In this document: positions 1 to 9,120 of the stretch, in pieces
How the letters are laid out: the number at the start of each line of letters is the position of its first letter
How positions within the stretch are numbered: position 1 is the first letter of the stretch
Sequence record: SRR31156797_966
Length of the DNA: 50,326 nucleotides
Strand: one strand, 5' to 3'
Program-made: the position numbers and the translations under genes
Notes under the pieces: model-generated
What the model saw: only the letters and a program-made list of their open reading frames with translations
The model's database searches: none
Told to the model about the DNA's origin: nothing

Positions 1-48
1 GAGTCCAGAGAAACTTTTGCAAAAGTTTCTCTGGCCGCCGGAGGCATC
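1..48. repeat. Right end of a REP-like palindromic intergenic element (truncated by window edge)
   Basis: Perfect 30-bp palindrome CCAGAGAAACTTTTGCAAAAGTTTCTCTGG at 5-34, followed by CCGCCGGAGGCAT, directly after the stop of the minus-strand gene. Confidence 0.6.
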
Positions 49-49
49 C

Positions 50-2320
50 TTATTTCCTGCGTCTTTCGCGTACCCAACAGTTTCCTTCTATTGACTTGGC
101 CCATTTTTTCAGGGATGCGGCCTGTTCTCCGATTTCCATAAGATTTTGATCCGGTTCGCAATCAAGGATTGCCAGCGAAATTGAAACTAGCGGGAATTTG
201 GAGATGTAACCGTCGCGTCCTTTGCCTTCCATCCAGCCATTAGTGACATCTTTTTCATTGTAATTATTCTTGACCAGTCTTTTGAAAATGCGGGTTACGG
301 ATTTGCAGATGCGTTCCGCTTTTGCGGGATTGGTGACCATGACAAAGTCATCCCCACCGATATGACCGACAAAATCACCATTTGCCCCATGCTTTTTGCT
401 GGCCCATGCGATTATCTTACTGATCTGGAGAATGATTTTATCTCCGTTTTTGAATCCGTAGGTGTCGTTATAAACCTTGAAGTTGTCGAGGTCGGCGTAG
501 ATTATGCTGTACTTTTCGTTCGCCTTCATGCGGCGGTTAATTTCTTTTTCAATATCAAGGTTTCCTGGCAGTCCGCTGAGTGGGTTTGTGCCCTTGGCCA
601 TTTCTACTTGTACATGGGCTAGAGTATCCAGCAAACGTTGTACTGATACAGTTCCTAAAAGCTGGCCCTGCAAAGTGACAATGACGTCGTCGTAAGCTTG
701 TTTTCTGGCTCGGGCCATGGCTTGCTGAGATACTTTTTCTACCGTGGTTTCAAGGTCTACAATGAGTGGTCCGTCATCCATGACTGATGAAATGGGCTTG
801 TTGGAATAGAGTGCAACACCATATTTGCCGGAAAGATGTTTGTTTAAATTGTATTCCATGACCAGACCGCAGGGGGAGTTGTTTTTGACCACTACGATAC
901 TGTTCAGGGCATTGGTCTCCTTAAAAATCTGTTGCGCCATGGGTACCGGGGTGTCTGAGTCAATGGATTTAACTTTGTTAACTAGTTTTTTTACCGGTAT
1001 TCCGTATGTCCCGGTGTTGGCGATCAGATCGGAGGTTCGGCGCAGGTTTAGGGCTTCTTCGCTGAGTTGTGGTTTTTCGCGTTGCGGTCTGGCAAAAAAG
1101 TATCCCTGCCCCAGATGTACGCCCATATCGATCAGAGTTAGAGCCTGTTCCTGAGTCTCGATGCCTTCAACGATGAGTTTGCCGCCGATTTTCTCCGCAA
1201 AGTCGGTAAAAGTGTCGATCAAAGCCCGGTTTACCTGGTTGGTTTCGATATTATCGACAAAGGATTTATCCATTTTAATGTAATCGGGTTTGATTTCTGC
1301 AATGGAAGTCAGCCCGGAATATCCGGTCCCGGCATCATCGATGGCAACCAGATACCCTTGATTGCGGTAATGATCTAAGGTTTTGCGGAAGGTTTTGAAA
1401 TCCTTCACGCTGTGGCGTTCGGTAATTTCAAAGACTATGTTGCCCGGTTTAAGATCCCATTTGTCCAGCAACAGTTTGGTTTCGCCAGTGGTGAAGTTGG
1501 GATCGACGATTGTTCTGGGGTGGATATTTAGAAAAAGTTTTTGCTGTGGACCGTGGTCGCCGAATGCCTTGATAGCCGCATCGCGGCATTGCTTTTCAAG
1601 CTGGAACAGTTTGCCGAGTTTTTCAGCCATATCGAAGAGAGTTAAAGGCGAACGAAATGGCGAATTCTGCGGTCCGCGTGCAAGAGCTTCCCAGCCGTGG
1701 ATGGATTTGTCGTTCAAGTTGACTATGGGCTGGTAGTGGCTGCGGATGTCTGAACTGATCAAAATGTCATTGAATTCATTGCTTAGTTCAAGGTTGGCAA
1801 TATCTAAGCTTTTCTGTGCCTCAAGCCGTGCCTTTCCAATAGCCGAAAGGAAGTTTGACCAAAGTTTATCATTGGAGTGCTCGGCTTTAAATGATGAGTA
1901 ACCGCTGTTGATGGTTACATTTGTTCCAATGCGGCTGATCTGATCGCTTTTGAGCTTGTTTTCTATGTTTACTTTGAATTTATAGGCTAATTCCTGCAGA
2001 GAGGAATTGTTCATCGTATCGGTAGGGTCCAACAAGAAGAATTCCCCTGCATTAAAAGAAAATATGTGAAAATCGGAATGGTCAAGGTTTATTTGGCCTT
2101 CTTCTGTAATGGCGAAGTGTATCTCTTTTTCCAGTTGATCCGCCCATTCCGGGCCATACATGGCAGAAAGGGTGGGGAAGTCCTGAATTGCAAAGTACAA
2201 TATGTTGAGCCAACAGACATTTTGGATGAGGCTCCCGATGCCCGGTCCTTCAAGGATGTTTATCCCTTCTTCGTAGTTATCGTAAAAGTCAGCAGCTTTT
2301 TTTTTAAATATTTGTAACAT
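50..2320 (-). CDS. EAL-CBS-GGDEF c-di-GMP phosphodiesterase/diguanylate cyclase
   Basis: Motifs YQPIV..GWEALARG, FLNIHP, FEITE, IDDAGTGYS, IKMDKSF, VEGIET; CBS-like middle; YADLDNFKVYNDTYG and HIGGDDF. Start uncertain (ATG 2320 or 2362; ORF open to 2404). Confidence 0.9.
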   Translation of the reverse strand: MLQIFKKKAADFYDNYEEGINILEGPGIGSLIQNVCWLNILYFAIQDFPTLSAMYGPEWADQLEKEIHFAITEEGQINLDHSDFHIFSFNAGEFFLLDPTDTMNNSSLQELAYKFKVNIENKLKSDQISRIGTNVTINSGYSSFKAEHSNDKLWSNFLSAIGKARLEAQKSLDIANLELSNEFNDILISSDIRSHYQPIVNLNDKSIHGWEALARGPQNSPFRSPLTLFDMAEKLGKLFQLEKQCRDAAIKAFGDHGPQQKLFLNIHPRTIVDPNFTTGETKLLLDKWDLKPGNIVFEITERHSVKDFKTFRKTLDHYRNQGYLVAIDDAGTGYSGLTSIAEIKPDYIKMDKSFVDNIETNQVNRALIDTFTDFAEKIGGKLIVEGIETQEQALTLIDMGVHLGQGYFFARPQREKPQLSEEALNLRRTSDLIANTGTYGIPVKKLVNKVKSIDSDTPVPMAQQIFKETNALNSIVVVKNNSPCGLVMEYNLNKHLSGKYGVALYSNKPISSVMDDGPLIVDLETTVEKVSQQAMARARKQAYDDVIVTLQGQLLGTVSVQRLLDTLAHVQVEMAKGTNPLSGLPGNLDIEKEINRRMKANEKYSIIYADLDNFKVYNDTYGFKNGDKIILQISKIIAWASKKHGANGDFVGHIGGDDFVMVTNPAKAERICKSVTRIFKRLVKNNYNEKDVTNGWMEGKGRDGYISKFPLVSISLAILDCEPDQNLMEIGEQAASLKKWAKSIEGNCWVRERRRK

Positions 2321-2388
2321 ATGTTTTCCCGGAAGATAGACAGTGTTCAGCGTGTGAGTCATGTGAAACTTAGTTTTGATACGGTGTG

Positions 2389-2420
2389 AACAACCTACTC
2401 TCAATTTAGAGTAGGTTGTT
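2389..2420. promoter_or_regulatory. 13-bp perfect inverted repeat in divergent promoter region
   Basis: AACAACCTACTCT-caattt-AGAGTAGGTTGTT. Confidence 0.4.
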
Positions 2421-2576
2421 ACTATGCTGTTACAATGTGTTTAAGAATTGTTTCGATATGAATAGTGTACTTATTGCATGTTGATTTTAATGTTTTTCGC
2501 ATATAATTAACTGGAATGATGATGCTAATTAATGTATTTTGAAATGATATCATCGTAAACTAATCTTGGAGTATCA

Positions 2577-3677
2577 ATGCGGCTGCTGCTTGTTTCAACA
2601 GATTTGCGCCATATGGGAGGAGTGGTTGAGACTGTAAAGCTTTTGCTACGGGAGCTTGAGGGGAGAGTGGATGTTACAGCTGTTCCTTACGGTCGTAGAG
2701 CAGGTCAAAGAGGAGTCGTCCGTTACTTAAGGACTCTGGCTGATCTTTTCTTGTTTTTCCGGCTACTTTGTTTCAATCGTTTCGATGTCATCCATATGAA
2801 TCCGTCAATGAACCTTGTTTCCATCCTTAAGGAATCAGCTCTAATCTTGATTTTCTTTCTTTTTGGATATTCCGGTAGAATTCTTGTATTTAGCCATGGA
2901 TGGGATCAGGCTTTTTTTAAACGCCTTTCAACCGGAGTCTTAACTTCACGGCTGTTATGCATGGTTCTAAATAGGGCCGGTAAGGTTGTTGTATTGTCTG
3001 AAGAGTTCAAGGGAAAATTGGGGCAGGCGGGGGTTGATCTTCATCGGGTGGAGGTAGTTAGTACAATGGTTGATATCAGCCGTATTCCCCAGTCCGATGC
3101 CTGCACCAAGGACGGGAATATTCTGTTGTTCCTTTCCCGTATGATCAGGGGGAAAGGTTCTTATGAATTGATTGAGGCTTTTGCTCTCTTGAATGAAAAA
3201 TATGATGGTCTGGAGCTGCTTATGGCTGGGGATGGTCCTGAGCGGGGACGGTTGATGGAAAAAGCTGAGAGTCTCAAACTCGCAAACGTCTCTTTTCCTG
3301 GATATATTCAGGGCGCCGATAAGAATAGGGCATTGAAAAAATCCTGCATCTTTTTGTTGCCATCAAGATCAGAAGGATGCCCGGTTTCCTTGCTTGAGGC
3401 TATGGCATCAGGGCTTGTACCCGTTGTAACTGCTGCCGGGGGTATCAAGGATGTCATAAAGCCGGGACAGACAGCAGTTTTGCTGGAGGATGTCAGTGCC
3501 GAGGCAATCGCCGAAGCTGTTGCCGGGGTGATTGATGATTTCGGATTAAGGGTGACATTATCTGAAAATGCTCGGGAATATGCAGGTAAGCATTTTAGTT
3601 CCCGCAGGGTTACGGATCAGATTTACGGTTTTTATAAAGAATTGAATTCTCAGACGCAAAATGGTGGTTCTGCATGA
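2577..3677 (+). CDS. Glycosyltransferase family 4 (GT-B)
   Basis: LFLSRMIRGKG, FLLPSRSEGCPVSLLEAMASG (EX7E motif); GGAG RBS. Confidence 0.9.
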   Translation: MRLLLVSTDLRHMGGVVETVKLLLRELEGRVDVTAVPYGRRAGQRGVVRYLRTLADLFLFFRLLCFNRFDVIHMNPSMNLVSILKESALILIFFLFGYSGRILVFSHGWDQAFFKRLSTGVLTSRLLCMVLNRAGKVVVLSEEFKGKLGQAGVDLHRVEVVSTMVDISRIPQSDACTKDGNILLFLSRMIRGKGSYELIEAFALLNEKYDGLELLMAGDGPERGRLMEKAESLKLANVSFPGYIQGADKNRALKKSCIFLLPSRSEGCPVSLLEAMASGLVPVVTAAGGIKDVIKPGQTAVLLEDVSAEAIAEAVAGVIDDFGLRVTLSENAREYAGKHFSSRRVTDQIYGFYKELNSQTQNGGSA

Positions 3678-4933
3678 CGTCGTTATTGATCCTGTTCTTC
3701 TTTTTCCGTCCGATCATGTTTGTGGATATCGGATGGCTGGTCTTAGGTCTTAATGTTACCGAAGTTTTCGCTATTTTTGCCTCTGGGATTTTGGTTGTCG
3801 CTTTTATTATGCGTGCAATCGTAACAAAAACAATTAATATTTCTGTTGTCGATTTTTTTCTTTTTTCTTTTGTGCTTTGGGTTTGGTTTGTTTATTTGCT
3901 CTATCTTGACCATTCCAACATTAAAGATGCGGCGAAATTTGTACTTCCGTTTATTACATATTTTGTGCTGAAGAATGTTGTTACCAATGTTAAAGATTAT
4001 GCCCGTTATATAAAAATTATGCTTATCGGGTATTCTGTTCCTATTCTTGCAAGTACATTTCTTATTGTACAAGGTAAGGGTTTGTATAAAGTCTTGTACT
4101 GGAATAATCTGTTTCGTTACAGTGGTGCATATGTTAATCCTCATAATTTTGCTCATTGTATGTCATTATACCTGATGACTCTTGTTGTCTTTGCAGTGAT
4201 ATGTTCGCAATATGATGAGCTTGTGCCTCTTCTTAAACAGCGTCTTTTTTTTATTTTTTCCTGTATGATAAGCATTTTTGCTCTCTACTGCCTGTACAAA
4301 AGTTATGTGCGAACTTGTTTTTTCGGTTTTCTGATTTTTGTTTATTATTATCTGTTCAGGGTTAATAAAAAACTTCTTGCTTTTCTCAGTTTGGTTATGG
4401 GAATCGTGCTCATTCTTTCCGCCGCAGTGGTGTATACTATCTTTTTTGATATGGTGGATGCTGTTAAGGGGTCGGATAAGTCTCAGTTTGGTTCAGGGCG
4501 TCCGGTTATCTGGAAACATAATATTGAGACATATGCAGCCCAGCCATTGGATGGCATCTTGGCCGGAGTCGGGGTCGGTAGCGTCACTTCACATATTAAC
4601 GTACGTCAAAAGAGTGGTGATGTTTTGAACAGTCACAATGACTTTCTTGACGTTTTAACCCAGACCGGACTTGTCGGTTTTCTTCTTTTTGTTGCTTTTC
4701 AATTCTGCCTTTTTCAAAAGATACGATTACTTGAGGGTAAGGAACGTTATGTATTCCTTGCCCTTTTCCTCGCTGTGACTTTTATGAATTTTGTCAGCAA
4801 TAGTTACGTCACCCGTTTTGGGTTGGGACAGATGTTTTATGCTTTGCTGGCGTATATTGAATTGCCGGAACACAAAATTCGTCGGGAACAGAGATTGGAA
4901 GCCGCAAAGCAGGAAGCTGAACATCGGTTATGA
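3674..4933 (+). CDS. O-antigen ligase-family membrane protein, likely Wzy polymerase
   Basis: Many TM segments; NPHN, SGR..IW, G.GVG and SHNDFL motifs; ATGA overlap with the GT gene; EPS context. Confidence 0.75.
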   Translation: MTSLLILFFFFRPIMFVDIGWLVLGLNVTEVFAIFASGILVVAFIMRAIVTKTINISVVDFFLFSFVLWVWFVYLLYLDHSNIKDAAKFVLPFITYFVLKNVVTNVKDYARYIKIMLIGYSVPILASTFLIVQGKGLYKVLYWNNLFRYSGAYVNPHNFAHCMSLYLMTLVVFAVICSQYDELVPLLKQRLFFIFSCMISIFALYCLYKSYVRTCFFGFLIFVYYYLFRVNKKLLAFLSLVMGIVLILSAAVVYTIFFDMVDAVKGSDKSQFGSGRPVIWKHNIETYAAQPLDGILAGVGVGSVTSHINVRQKSGDVLNSHNDFLDVLTQTGLVGFLLFVAFQFCLFQKIRLLEGKERYVFLALFLAVTFMNFVSNSYVTRFGLGQMFYALLAYIELPEHKIRREQRLEAAKQEAEHRL

Positions 4934-5069
4934 TCAAGAGGTTGTTTTTAACTAAGTTTTTTATTTCAAGCTGTTTGATGTTTCTGATCATGCTTTTTTC
5001 TGTTAATGAATGATAAAATACGTTGTTTTTGCAAGTCTTGTGGGATTTTTTGATTCGGGAGTATTTTAA

Positions 5070-6578
5070 GTGACAGCCGTTTTATCATTCATTTCTGTTG
5101 TTGCAGCATGGGTCATGCTGTACTGGGACTCTTTTCCGCCTCTTATAAGGAGGTGGAATACTGATGACTATTCCTATTGCTGGCTGGTAGTCCCCCTTGC
5201 TCTTTATGTGGCTTGGCAACGTAAAGAGTTGCTTCCGAAAATTGTTACACCATCATCAGGCTCCGGTTATCTGGTCCTCTTGCTCAGTGGTGTATTGTTT
5301 TTTCTGGGAAAGGCTGCGGCTGTAGATGCATTGGTCTTTGCTTCCATGTGGCTGAGTGTGGTGGCACTGGTTCTTTTTGTTTACGGGTGGCGTTCCATGA
5401 AAGCTTTTTTCTTTCCGCTGCTTGTGCTTGCGTTTGCTGTTCCGCCGCCGCCATTCATCAATCGTACCCTTACCTTTGAGTTGCGCCTTATTTCTTCCGA
5501 TATATCGGTGCGCATAATGCAACTGATTGATATACCCGTATTCCGGGAAGGGAATGTAATTGATCTCGGAGTGATCCAGCTGCATGTGGTGGATGCCTGC
5601 AGCGGGTTGCGTTATGTTTTTCCTACTATTCTTCTTGGTATTCTGATGGGCTACTGGTTTAATTCCCGCACATGGCAGCGGGTGCTGGTTGTTCTGTCCA
5701 CCGTGCCTACTGCAATTTTTGCCAATGCTTTGCGCATAGCTATTGTCGGCTATTTGGCTCGCAATGTTTCCGTGGAAACAGCTGAGAACTTTTTTCATGA
5801 TGCTTCAGGTATTGTTATTTATCTGCTTTCAATAATTGTGCTTGCAACATGGAGTCTGTTGTTGAATCTTCTGGGCGGTCGAAAACCGGAGCGGCGGGCT
5901 GACTCCCGGCCCGGATATTACGGGGTGCCGACCGGTAGGGCTTTACATGTCTTTTTAATGGCCGCAGTCCTTGGGATGTATTTTTCCGTAAATATGTATT
6001 TGTTTATCGGGCGGGTCGTGCCACAGCGTACAAGTTTTGAAAGTTTTCCGTTGGAAATCGGGGACTACACTGGAAAAAAACATTTTTATGGGGATGATAT
6101 TCTCGAATCACTAGGTTCTGATGATTATCTCGCCGGGGTATTCCGGGATAAGCGTACCGGACGCGATATATTGGTTCTGGTCACTTACTATGATTATCAG
6201 GAACCGCAGCGGGCGGCCCATAATCCGGTCAGCTGCCTGCTGGGTGGCGGAGGGTGGAGTCTTGCCTCATCCCGTGATCTGCCCGCAGATCCGCAAAAAG
6301 GGCGTCCTTTTAAGGTGCGTAGATTGCTGCTTGATAAACCGGGGCAACGTTTGTTGGCTTTTTACTGGTTTCAGCAGCGAGGTAGAGTTATAACTGACGA
6401 ATACATGAATAAGGTTTATCTAGCTGTTGATTCTATTCTCCGACAGCGCACAGACGGTGCTCTCATCAGGGTAGAGTTGCTCTTGAAAGAAGATGAAAGT
6501 GTGGAAGATGGTCAGCAGCTTCTTGAGAGTTTTATTAAGAACTTTTCATCAAGACTCAAACCTTATATTCCTGAATAG
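5070..6578 (+). CDS. Exosortase with C-terminal EpsI domain (XrtD-like)
   Basis: DDYSY, VDACSGLRY (Cys), NALRI (Arg), FFHD (His) triad; EpsI part with HNPVSCLLGGGW and YWFQQRGR. Confidence 0.9.
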   Translation: MTAVLSFISVVAAWVMLYWDSFPPLIRRWNTDDYSYCWLVVPLALYVAWQRKELLPKIVTPSSGSGYLVLLLSGVLFFLGKAAAVDALVFASMWLSVVALVLFVYGWRSMKAFFFPLLVLAFAVPPPPFINRTLTFELRLISSDISVRIMQLIDIPVFREGNVIDLGVIQLHVVDACSGLRYVFPTILLGILMGYWFNSRTWQRVLVVLSTVPTAIFANALRIAIVGYLARNVSVETAENFFHDASGIVIYLLSIIVLATWSLLLNLLGGRKPERRADSRPGYYGVPTGRALHVFLMAAVLGMYFSVNMYLFIGRVVPQRTSFESFPLEIGDYTGKKHFYGDDILESLGSDDYLAGVFRDKRTGRDILVLVTYYDYQEPQRAAHNPVSCLLGGGGWSLASSRDLPADPQKGRPFKVRRLLLDKPGQRLLAFYWFQQRGRVITDEYMNKVYLAVDSILRQRTDGALIRVELLLKEDESVEDGQQLLESFIKNFSSRLKPYIPE

Positions 6579-6614
6579 TGTTTTGGTATTGAATTTAAAA
6601 ATACGGGGAAATCA

Positions 6615-8999
6615 ATGCGAAAGAATTTTCTTGCGATATTTCTGATAATTTTAACCGTTTGCCTTCTTGGAGGGTGTGAGAAGAGGCGGGATGATTTTTA
6701 TCAGAAGGCAGTGGAATATTACAATAAAGGGATGCTTACCGAAGCCGGTCTTGAAATAAAAAATGCTCTTTCCATTGATCCCGAGTGCGCTTCATGCCGT
6801 TTATTGTTTGGAAAGATTGCCTTGGAAAACGGAAACTTCCAAGGTGCTTTCGTTAATTTCAGGTACGCTGTAGATCTTGACCCGACATCGTTTGAAGCAA
6901 AGGTGGAACTCAGCAAGCTTTACCTGTTAGCCCGTGAGTATGATGATGCCGGAGATATGGCCCGTAAGGCTTTGAATCTAGATGCTTCAAACATTGAGGC
7001 CCGGTTGGTCTTGGCGTCTGTTCTTGCTGAGAGTAAGAAATTCGTTGAAGCGCAGAAAATGTTGGAAATTGCTTTGAACGAAGATCCGGGTAATCCTGAT
7101 GTCTATCTTTCCATGAGTAGTGTCTTTATCAGGCAGGGCAATATGAAGAAGGCTGAGGGTGCTTTGCTTGAGGGACTTAGTCGTCTTCCTCAGAATACTT
7201 CTCTGCTGATGAAGGTTGTTGCTTTTTATCGTCAAAACAATCAATCGGATACGGCTTTGAAATATGTGGAAAAACTTTTGCAGAGCAGCGATGCTGATCC
7301 TCGCACAAAGGTTTTTGCAGCTGAATTTTATTCAACTATGGGTGATGATGCCAAGGCAGCTGAGTTGATGGCTACCGTTGTTCACAATCATCCAGAAGAA
7401 GCTGAATACAGGGTTCTTTATTCACGAGTTCTTAATTCCCAGAAAAAGTTTGTGGATACTGAGAAGGTTCTTAAGGAAGGATTGGCTCTTGATACGTATT
7501 CATTGCCGATCAGGACTTCTTTGGCCGGTCTTTATATGTCGCAGGGACGGCAGGAAGAAGCTGTGAGAATCCTGTTGGCTGGTGTGGCTTTGGACCCGGA
7601 AGGTACGGATAGCTCCGATTACGTGGTTTATCGCAAGCAGCTTGCAACTATGTATCTGGACATGAATGAACCCAAAAAAGCCATTGAGCAGCTTGATAAA
7701 GTTATTGAACTGAATCCTAAGGATGCTGAGGCTCATTATCTGCGCGGTCAGATTTACCTTTTTGAGGGGCGCGGTAATCGTGCTGTTTCCGAATTCAGGC
7801 AGGTTGTCAGGGATAATCCCGAAAGTGCGCCAGCCTATGTCCTGCTGGCCCGGGCACATTTGATTAATGATGAAACGAATATTGCCATTGAGAATCTTAA
7901 GGAAGCAATCAATCTTGAACCTGGCTATGCTCCTGCAAGGGAAGTGTTGATCAACACCTATCTTGACCGCAAAGATTGGCATCAGGCCATTCTTGAGTTG
8001 CAGCGTCTCAGGGAAAAAAGACCGGATGACATTCAGATACTGGCTGCAATCGGTGATGTTTATGCCATTAAAGGAGATAAGAATCTCGCCAGTCGCACTT
8101 TTACCGAGTTGACCGAGAAGTTTCCCGATTCTCCTGTGGGAGAGATGAAGCTTGCCGAATTGGCCCGTTCTCTGGGAAAGAATTCGTTGGCTGAAAAACA
8201 TTATACTGCCGCCCTTAAGGTCGCACCGGAGTCCCTTGCTGCTATTCAGGGAAAAGTGGATATTTTTATTCTCCAGCACAAGTATACTGCTGCGACGAAT
8301 TTTTGTGAAAGGTTGCTTCAAAAATTCCCGGATAATGCGAGGATTTATGAACTCTTAGGCAAGGTCTATGCTGCCAGGGGGAATTTCAAGGCTGCGGAAA
8401 CCAACTATTCCAGAGCAGTAACCCTCGCACCCGAATGGATGCTCCCGTATTTGCGTATCGGTGATCTCTATGTAAGCAATAAGAAGCTTAAGCAAGGGAT
8501 AGCTAAGTTTAAGGAAGAGATAAAAAAGGATAGCGATAATCCCGGCCCGCAGTTCCTGCTTGGACTTCTTTACGAGCAGAATGGAGAGTATGAGCAATCA
8601 CGTGAGGTTTATTCCAAGCTTCTGGAACAGCACCCAGGATTTCAGCTGGCAGCGAATAACTTGGCTTATTTGCTGGCGACCAAGTTTTCTGACAGTGGAG
8701 AATACATGGAGCAGGCTCTTAAGCTGGCCCGGGTGGCAGCCAGCAGCCAAAGTCCGGAAGCTTTGGATACTCTTGGTTATGTGCTTTACCTGAATGGCGA
8801 ATACCAGCAGGCCTTGCACGTTTTTAACTCCGCTTTGCAACTGTTGCCTGATTTTTCTGCTGCCCAGTTTCATAAGGCGTTGGTTTATTCGCGCGAAGGA
8901 AAAAATGGTGAAGCGAAGAAAATCTTGAACAAGTTACTGAAAAGCAAAGATGATTTTCCAGAGCGGGAAGATGCTGTCAATTTGCTTGAACGGCTTTAG
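6615..8999 (+). CDS. TPR-repeat lipoprotein (PrsT-like, exosortase/EPS-associated)
   Basis: Lipobox LLGGC; about 20 TPR-like repeats; C-terminal AANNLAYLL..LDTLGY motif. Confidence 0.85.
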   Translation: MRKNFLAIFLIILTVCLLGGCEKRRDDFYQKAVEYYNKGMLTEAGLEIKNALSIDPECASCRLLFGKIALENGNFQGAFVNFRYAVDLDPTSFEAKVELSKLYLLAREYDDAGDMARKALNLDASNIEARLVLASVLAESKKFVEAQKMLEIALNEDPGNPDVYLSMSSVFIRQGNMKKAEGALLEGLSRLPQNTSLLMKVVAFYRQNNQSDTALKYVEKLLQSSDADPRTKVFAAEFYSTMGDDAKAAELMATVVHNHPEEAEYRVLYSRVLNSQKKFVDTEKVLKEGLALDTYSLPIRTSLAGLYMSQGRQEEAVRILLAGVALDPEGTDSSDYVVYRKQLATMYLDMNEPKKAIEQLDKVIELNPKDAEAHYLRGQIYLFEGRGNRAVSEFRQVVRDNPESAPAYVLLARAHLINDETNIAIENLKEAINLEPGYAPAREVLINTYLDRKDWHQAILELQRLREKRPDDIQILAAIGDVYAIKGDKNLASRTFTELTEKFPDSPVGEMKLAELARSLGKNSLAEKHYTAALKVAPESLAAIQGKVDIFILQHKYTAATNFCERLLQKFPDNARIYELLGKVYAARGNFKAAETNYSRAVTLAPEWMLPYLRIGDLYVSNKKLKQGIAKFKEEIKKDSDNPGPQFLLGLLYEQNGEYEQSREVYSKLLEQHPGFQLAANNLAYLLATKFSDSGEYMEQALKLARVAASSQSPEALDTLGYVLYLNGEYQQALHVFNSALQLLPDFSAAQFHKALVYSREGKNGEAKKILNKLLKSKDDFPEREDAVNLLERL

Positions 9000-9024
9000 G
9001 ATTAATGAATATTAAGAAAAATTA

Positions 9025-9059
9025 TGGAGGATGCTTAATTATGTATCCTCTATTTTTTT
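9025..9059 (+). terminator. Possible intrinsic terminator after the TPR gene
   Basis: GGAGGATGC..GTATCCTCT imperfect stem followed by a T run. Confidence 0.4.
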
Positions 9060-9120
9060 GGGTATGATTATAGTTAATTAGTGCGCTTCGATTGTTTTTT
9101 GCTTTAGGGCAGGAGGATTG

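Noticed and set aside
7500-8321. 273-aa antisense ORF, and similar ones at 20893, 27531, 37057 and 44303
   Set aside because: Nested antisense to well-supported genes; no recognisable domains
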